From positions 894 to 64,893 of the forward strand of contig JAILZS010000007.1 of the NCBI GenBank assembly GCA_023512375.1: a stretch of 64,000 bases of DNA, given 5' to 3'. The position numbers and the translations under genes were made by a program. The DNA comes from Bacillota bacterium. GTDB taxonomy: Bacteria > Bacillota > Sulfobacillia > JAJZYS01 > JAILZS01. Below the pieces are notes generated by a model. It made no database searches. It worked only from the letters and a program-made list of their open reading frames with translations, and was not told where the DNA came from. Position 1 is the first letter of the stretch. The number at the start of each line of letters is the position of its first letter. Below, piece by piece: positions 58,814-64,000 of the stretch.

Positions 58814-59278
58814 CTACGACCCATCGGACAGGCCGGCAGCGAAGTCCGCCAGGAGCCGCACCTGGTCCGGGAACACCGGAGATGCGCGACGCACGAAGTT
58901 CCTGTCGGCCGTCACCAAAACAGCCGGCTGATGCGCTAGGGCCAGCGCGAGATATAGGCAGTCGTACACGGCCGTCTCGAGGGCGGCGGCCAAGTGGGAG
59001 GCTTGGTCGACAAGGGCATGGCATGGCGCTAGGCGCGGCGCGGTCGCGTAGGCCATCGCCAACGCCACCGCCGCCTCATCGGCCGTGAGTTCGTGTTGGA
59101 GGTACCTCTTCTTCCAAATGACGTTTGCGATCTCTGCCAGGAGGATGTCCGGGGCAAGCGCGTCCCAAGTGCCGTCCGCAACCGCAGTCAGCACCTGCCG
59201 GGCGTGAGGGGATCCGTCCTCCGGAAGGATCCACTTACATGCGACCGAGGCGTCGACGACCATGGTTCTCTTCATCAC
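58814..59278 (-). CDS. vapC: Type II toxin VapC (PIN domain)
   Basis: A PIN-domain start (MVVDASVACKW...) with conserved acidic residues. ATGA overlap with the upstream antitoxin. Confidence 0.75.
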   Translation of the reverse strand: MMKRTMVVDASVACKWILPEDGSPHARQVLTAVADGTWDALAPDILLAEIANVIWKKRYLQHELTADEAAVALAMAYATAPRLAPCHALVDQASHLAAALETAVYDCLYLALALAHQPAVLVTADRNFVRRASPVFPDQVRLLADFAAGLSDGS

Positions 59279-59529
59279 CGCCGGTCGTCGCGCACAAGGT
59301 CCGTGCTGTCGCTAGTCGCAACGCCTCCTCGTCTCCGGAGTACGGCGTCATGGAAGGCTTCCAGCGTACGAAGCGCATCTCGCAGCCGCAGCCTCTGACG
59401 GTACTCCTCCGCATGGGCCGAGAGGGCGTCGCGGACGACCGACGCCAGACTCCGACCCGATGCCCTGGCCTCCGCCTTGAGGGCGTCGTACACGTCGTCC
59501 GGAAGATCACGCACCGTCAGAAAAGCCAT
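59275..59529 (-). CDS. vapB: Type II antitoxin, ribbon-helix-helix (VapB/FitA-like)
   Basis: MAFLTVRDLPDDVYDALKAEARASGRSL is the canonical RHH antitoxin N-terminus. TGCATTC/TTGCA repeats lie in the AT-richer upstream region at about 59530-59565. Confidence 0.8.
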   Translation of the reverse strand: MAFLTVRDLPDDVYDALKAEARASGRSLASVVRDALSAHAEEYRQRLRLRDALRTLEAFHDAVLRRRGGVATSDSTDLVRDDRR

Positions 59530-59937
59530 TTTGCATTCGCCTCTGCATTCACTTTGCAGTCACAGGGATCGGGCGTCAAGCCTGCGAGCCGACGCCCCGG
59601 CCTGCCCCGACTCGACGTCCGGGCAGGCGATGCCAACCTCCCGAGCGCGGGACAGGCGCTTCCCCGCATCGGCCCCTCGTCATGGTAGATCATGCCAGTC
59701 TACATCGAACCCATGTTTGGGTCTACCGTGGAAGGTCTAAGCTGCGAAGCCGCCACCGGCTTTGTCGTAAGTCCGATTGGCCCCCAGGGGCGCGGTCGAC
59801 CCATGGACCCGCCGCGGCCGCGCGAACACCGTTCGGTCCTCCGCGCGGCCCCAACTTTCCCTTCCCGGCGCGCGTGGCAGGAGCGGCGGCGGGAACGGCC
59901 GTAGTCCCCGCCGCTTCCCGTCGGGAGGGATGGTCTC

Positions 59938-61749
59938 GTGCCGGCGCGCCCCCATGTCCTCCGTCCCGCCGCGATCCTGTCCGCGCTTTCCTCCCTCGCC
60001 CTCCTCCCCGTGGCCGTTCGCGCCGCACCCTCGCCGTCGGTTCCGGTCGTGGTGGGGCGTCTCGCCGCCCGCTTCCACCCCCTCCCCCGCCCCCCCGCCG
60101 CCCCGCCTCTGTGGGCGGTGGCCATGGCCTCGCCCCGCCTGGGTTGGGCGGTCGTGGGCAGCGGCCCGTCGCGCCGCGTCGCCCAGACCCTGGACGGCGG
60201 ACGGACGTGGCGCGTGCGCGTGCATGCCGCCCTGCCGGTCTTGGCCTTGGCGGCGCCCGACCCCCGCCACGTCGACCTCTTAGAGGGATGCCCGGGCGGC
60301 GCCTGTCGGGGCGCGGCCCTGTACGCCAGCGCCGACGGCGGCGCCACCTGGCGCCTTCGCTGGCGCTCTTCCTCCCTCGCCGCCTACGCCCTCTCCTTCC
60401 CGACGCCGTCCGCGGGCTACGCCGTGGTGGGCCCGCCCCCGGGTCGGCCCTGGGGCGCCTACCGCCTGCTGGCCAGCCAGGACGGCGGCCGGAGATGGGA
60501 CAGCCGTCCCCTACCCGCCTGCGTCGGCGGGGGCGGAGGCGGGTGGGCCATGGCCTTCGATCCCGCCGCCCGGGGCTTTCTCCTGTGCGGTGGCCCGCCC
60601 TCGGCGGGGGAGCAGGAGAAGGCCCTGTGGAGGACGGACGACGGCGGCCGCACCTGGCACCTCGTGGCGGAAAGCGTCCCCCCCGGCGGTCCGAGCCGTG
60701 TCGGCCCCCTGCCGGTGGCCGGCTACGTGCACTCCGTCTTCTTCCTCACGCCCCGCCTGGGCTGGATCGGCCTCGTCCGGGGCGGTCTCTACCGCACCGA
60801 CGACGGCGGCCGCACCTTCCGCCCCGCCGCTCCCCCCTTCCCCCCCGCCGTCGCCGACGGGGGCGCGTCCGTCGCCTTCCTGCCGTCGGGCTTCGGCTGG
60901 CTGGACGAAGCCGGTACCGGCGCCCTGTTCACCACCGACGACGGGCGGCACTGGTCGTGGGTGTACCCGCCGCCCCACCCCGCCCTCGTCTCCGCCCTGC
61001 CGGGCGGCGTCGCGGCCGGGGCCGCCACGCCCTACGACCCCTCCGCCGTCTTCCTCCGTTCCAGTGCAGCCGCGGGGTGGAGGTGGACCGGGGAGGCCCC
61101 TGGGGCCATCTCGGCCCTCGAGGCGTTGGCGCCGGACGAGCTGGCCGCAGCCGTGAACTTCGGCCTCGGCCTGGCCATGAGCGAAAGCGCCGGTGGGACG
61201 TGGACCGCCCTCCCCGTACCGGCCGGCTGGCGCATCGTCGCCCTCGGCCTGGACGGCCCCGCCTCGGGCTGGCTCCTCGCCCGTCCCGTCGCCCGCCCCA
61301 CCGCCCCCGCCGCCCTCTTCTCCCGCACCGGCGCCGCCGCAGGCCCCTTCTGGCAGCGCCTCACCCCACCGTTCGTCCCCCTGGCCGCCGTCGCCACCGG
61401 TCCGGCCAGCGGCGTCGCCCTCGGCCGGGTGGGGCGGAAGACGGCGGCATGGGCCACCGCCGACGGCGGGCGCACGTGGACGCCGCTCACGGCCCCGGGG
61501 GCGGCGCAAGCGACGGGTATGGGGGCAAGAGGCAGCCTGGTGTGGGTATACGGGCCGGGATTCGTGGACGTGAGCGCCTGGCGCGGCGCAGCGTGGACCG
61601 TGGTCCGCCTGCCGCCCTCCCTCCGGCCCGCCGTTGTCTCGTTCGGCGACCCCGACCACGCCCTGCTCGCCCAGGAGGACGGCGCCGTGTGGTCCACGGC
61701 CGACGGCGGCACGAACTGGTACGAGCTGGACGCCCCGCCGCCCGCCTAG
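59938..61749 (+). CDS. Secreted BNR/Asp-box repeat beta-propeller protein (Ycf48/sialidase-like fold)
   Basis: A signal peptide and at least 9 Asp-box motifs (DGGRTW, DGGATW, DGGRRW, DDGGRTW, DDGGRTF, DDGRHW, SAGGTW, ADGGRTW, ADGGTNW). Confidence 0.75.
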   Translation: MPARPHVLRPAAILSALSSLALLPVAVRAAPSPSVPVVVGRLAARFHPLPRPPAAPPLWAVAMASPRLGWAVVGSGPSRRVAQTLDGGRTWRVRVHAALPVLALAAPDPRHVDLLEGCPGGACRGAALYASADGGATWRLRWRSSSLAAYALSFPTPSAGYAVVGPPPGRPWGAYRLLASQDGGRRWDSRPLPACVGGGGGGWAMAFDPAARGFLLCGGPPSAGEQEKALWRTDDGGRTWHLVAESVPPGGPSRVGPLPVAGYVHSVFFLTPRLGWIGLVRGGLYRTDDGGRTFRPAAPPFPPAVADGGASVAFLPSGFGWLDEAGTGALFTTDDGRHWSWVYPPPHPALVSALPGGVAAGAATPYDPSAVFLRSSAAAGWRWTGEAPGAISALEALAPDELAAAVNFGLGLAMSESAGGTWTALPVPAGWRIVALGLDGPASGWLLARPVARPTAPAALFSRTGAAAGPFWQRLTPPFVPLAAVATGPASGVALGRVGRKTAAWATADGGRTWTPLTAPGAAQATGMGARGSLVWVYGPGFVDVSAWRGAAWTVVRLPPSLRPAVVSFGDPDHALLAQEDGAVWSTADGGTNWYELDAPPPA

Positions 61750-61764
61750 CCTCCCGCGGCATCC

Positions 61765-62559
61765 CTACGGCGCGCGCACCGCGCCGCCGTCGAAGCGCAC
61801 GGCGCTGCCGCTCACGTAGTCACAGGCGGGCGAGGCGAGGAAGGCCACCAGGCGTCCAAACGCCTCCGGCGTGCCCAGGCGCCCCAAGGGCACGCCCTGG
61901 CGGGCGGCCGCCGCCGCCGCCAGGGCGTCGGGGTCGGCCAGGGCGTCCGGCGCCGCCCCGCGCACAAGCTGCTCCTCCACCCCGGCCGTCCGCGTCAGGC
62001 CCGGGAGGACGCTCACCACCCGCACCCCGCTCGGGCCGGCGCGCACCGCCAGCATCTTCCCCCACGCCAGGAGGGCGGGGCGGACCACGCTGGACAGCGC
62101 CAGGTCGGAGTCCGGCTCGACGGCGGTGCGCGACAGGACGTTGACGATCGCGCCACCCCCTGCGACGGCCATGCGCGCCGCCGCCCAGCGGTCGAGCTCC
62201 ACGATGGCCCGCGCCTTGGCCCAGGCGTCCGCCCACGCCTCCTCGCCCACCTCGTCCACCCAACCCCCGGCGGGGTTGCCGCAGTTGGCCACCAGCACGT
62301 CTGGCGGCCCCAGGCGGGCCTCCACCTCCGCCAGCATGGCGGCGCGCTGCCCGGGGTCGTCCACGTCCGCCGCAAGCGCCCACGCCTCCGGCGCCCCCGC
62401 CGCCAGGAGGCGCCGCCGCGCCTCGGCCAGGGGCCCCGGCCGGCGGGCGCAGACGGCCACCCGGCATCCCTCCCCCGCCAGGGCAAGCGCCGCCGCCAGC
62501 CCCAATCCCTCCGACGCCGCCGTCACCAGGGCCAAGCGGCCGCGCAGGGCGAGATCCAC
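61765..62559 (-). CDS. SDR-family oxidoreductase
   Basis: ALVTAASEGLG cofactor-binding motif with a GTG start. A classical SDR length and pattern. Confidence 0.7.
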   Translation of the reverse strand: MDLALRGRLALVTAASEGLGLAAALALAGEGCRVAVCARRPGPLAEARRRLLAAGAPEAWALAADVDDPGQRAAMLAEVEARLGPPDVLVANCGNPAGGWVDEVGEEAWADAWAKARAIVELDRWAAARMAVAGGGAIVNVLSRTAVEPDSDLALSSVVRPALLAWGKMLAVRAGPSGVRVVSVLPGLTRTAGVEEQLVRGAAPDALADPDALAAAAAARQGVPLGRLGTPEAFGRLVAFLASPACDYVSGSAVRFDGGAVRAP

Positions 62560-62688
62560 CCCCCGACCTCCTCCTCCCGCGGGGCCGTACCGCCGCCCCG
62601 CCTCGTCGACGGGGAAAGGGTTCGCCGTCGGTGAGGCGAACCCCCCTTGCGCACGGCGGGCACCCCGCCCGCCCGAGGAGGGTCGCCC

Positions 62689-63999
62689 ATGCTTCGGCCC
62701 AGAGGGCCCATGCCCCGTCCCCGCCGGCGCGAAGGGGCCGGCCGCGCCGTCGCCGTCGCCGCCGCCCTGGCGGCGCTGGCCATGGCGGCGCCGGGCGCGC
62801 GCGCCCAAGCCCTGATCCCCGTCCCCACCCTCGGCTTGGCGGGGGCGGGCGCCGTCCCCGCCGGCCCCGCCCCCACCTCCGCCTCGCTACGGGTGGACCT
62901 CCTCCTGCGGCGCACGGGCCCCCTGCCGCCCCCGCCCCCCCTCGGCGTGCGCTACACCCCCGCCCAGGCCGCCGACCGCGTCGCGCCCAGCCCTTCCCAG
63001 TACGCCTCCCTCGCGAGCTACCTCGCCGCCGCCGGGCTTACCGTGACGCGGCGCTACGCCGACCGCCTCCTGCTCCAGGTGGTCGGTCCCACCGCCGCCC
63101 TGGAGCGCGCCTTCCACGTCACCCTCGCCACCTACGAGCGCGCCGGCCGGCACGTCCTCGCGCCCGCCGCCCCGGCCGCCCTCCCCGCCTCCCTGGCCGC
63201 CACCGTGGTGGGCATCGTCGGCCTGGCGAGCGACGGCTGGCCCACCCCCGCCCCCCTCGAGCGCCTGCCGAACCTCGCCGCCTTGCGCACCCCGCCCGCC
63301 CCCGACGCCGCCGGCCCGGTGCAGGACAGCGCCCAGGCCGACCTGGCCGCGGCTCGCTTCCTCTCCACCTTCACGGTGAGCGGCCCAAGCTCGGTGGCGG
63401 CCGGCCTGGAGGCGGTCTACCGCGTACGCCTCCTCGACGCCGCCGGCCACCCCCTCGCCGGCTACGCCGTGCGCCCCGTCCTGTCCCAGGCCGAGACCGC
63501 CTACGCCGGCCCCACCGGTCCCGGCAGCATGGTGACCGACTCCTCCGGCCAGGCCAGCTTCTGGCTCCTCACCGGCACCCCGTCCTCGTTCGCGCTCACC
63601 GTTGCCGCCGCCCCCAACCCGCCCTCGCCTCCCTCCTCCGCGCCCCCTTCGCCGCCCCCGGCGCCGCCCACCCCCGTGTACGCCACCGCCCAGCCCGTAG
63701 CGGTGAGCGTGCACGGCCCCGCAGCCAGCCTGAGCCCGTACACGGCATCGCAGGTGAACAGCGCCTACGACGTCACCCCCCTTCTGTCCGCAGGCGCCGA
63801 CGGCCACGGGGTGGGGGTCGGGATCGTGATCTGGAACCGTTTCTCCCTGTCCGACGTGGAGAGCTACTTCCGCATGAACGGGGGTCCACAGCCCCAGGTC
63901 ACCGTGGTGCCGATCGACGGCACGCCGCAACCCGGCGACGGCGGCACCGAGGCCACGTTGGACGTGGAGCGCGTGGGCGGCACGGCCCCGGGATCGCAC
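62689..63999 (+). CDS. Secreted S53 (sedolisin/kumamolisin-like) serine peptidase with pro-peptide activation domain; partial, runs off the window end
   Basis: A signal peptide and a pro-kumamolisin activation-like region (YASLASYLAAAGLTVTRRYADRLLLQVVGPTAALERAFHVTL). A Big-like insert, then the hallmark YTASQVNSAYDVTPLLSAGADGHGVGVGIV. No stop before 63999. Confidence 0.7.
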   Translation, partial: MLRPRGPMPRPRRREGAGRAVAVAAALAALAMAAPGARAQALIPVPTLGLAGAGAVPAGPAPTSASLRVDLLLRRTGPLPPPPPLGVRYTPAQAADRVAPSPSQYASLASYLAAAGLTVTRRYADRLLLQVVGPTAALERAFHVTLATYERAGRHVLAPAAPAALPASLAATVVGIVGLASDGWPTPAPLERLPNLAALRTPPAPDAAGPVQDSAQADLAAARFLSTFTVSGPSSVAAGLEAVYRVRLLDAAGHPLAGYAVRPVLSQAETAYAGPTGPGSMVTDSSGQASFWLLTGTPSSFALTVAAAPNPPSPPSSAPPSPPPAPPTPVYATAQPVAVSVHGPAASLSPYTASQVNSAYDVTPLLSAGADGHGVGVGIVIWNRFSLSDVESYFRMNGGPQPQVTVVPIDGTPQPGDGGTEATLDVERVGGTAPGSH

Positions 64000-64000
64000 A

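Overview
This 64 kb window is very high-GC (about 70% or more) chromosomal DNA, most consistent with a spore-forming, high-GC Firmicutes/Clostridia-like thermophile of the Symbiobacterium/Thermaerobacter/Limnochorda type. The supporting evidence is a GerA-GerB-GerC germinant-receptor operon, a Spo0E-like small ORF and a large SLH-domain S-layer protein. Genes are densely packed, and many adjacent genes share a 4-nt GTGA or ATGA start/stop overlap. I found no rRNA, tRNA or CRISPR array, and I cannot point to one clearly undescribed system; the candidates are listed as findings with honest scores.

Four functional blocks stand out:
1. Minus strand, 35.2 kb down to 22.2 kb: LacI regulator, M28 peptidase, ribose-type ABC transporter, phosphotriesterase-like protein, GATase1-like protein and inosine-uridine nucleoside hydrolase, followed directly by the gerA-like germinant-receptor operon and a NaK-like RCK cation channel.
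2. Minus strand, 21.8 kb down to 16.3 kb: membrane polyferredoxin and a GltD-like Fe-S flavoprotein, followed directly by a GAF histidine kinase and a NarL-type response regulator.
3. A plus-strand cell-envelope cluster: a PASTA-containing penicillin-binding protein translationally coupled to a membrane PilZ (c-di-GMP receptor) protein, a frameshifted GH18 hydrolase and a macro-domain protein.
4. A 12-13 gene minus-strand array (57.0 kb down to 44.4 kb) divergent from a PucR-family regulator. It encodes a class III aminotransferase, a MmsA-type dehydrogenase, two APC permeases, an arginase-family ureohydrolase, a DUF1989 urea-associated protein, nitrilase and NodB-family amidohydrolases, a cyclase-family protein, an SDR, a metallophosphoesterase and a nucleotidyltransferase. 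I read this as a nitrogen-rich small-molecule (guanidino/ureido/polyamine-like) catabolic locus.

Other content: a SARP/AfsR-like BTAD plus NB-ARC plus TPR regulator divergent from a secreted two-domain cupredoxin, two VapBC toxin-antitoxin pairs, an IS256-family transposase remnant, a tandem DinB-fold pair, a secreted BNR beta-propeller protein and a partial S53 sedolisin. Most of the long ORFs in the supplied six-frame track lie antisense to or out of frame with these genes and are GC-content artefacts.

Coordinates of starts were derived by codon counting from the ORF-track ends and are approximate to within a few codons where alternative starts exist.
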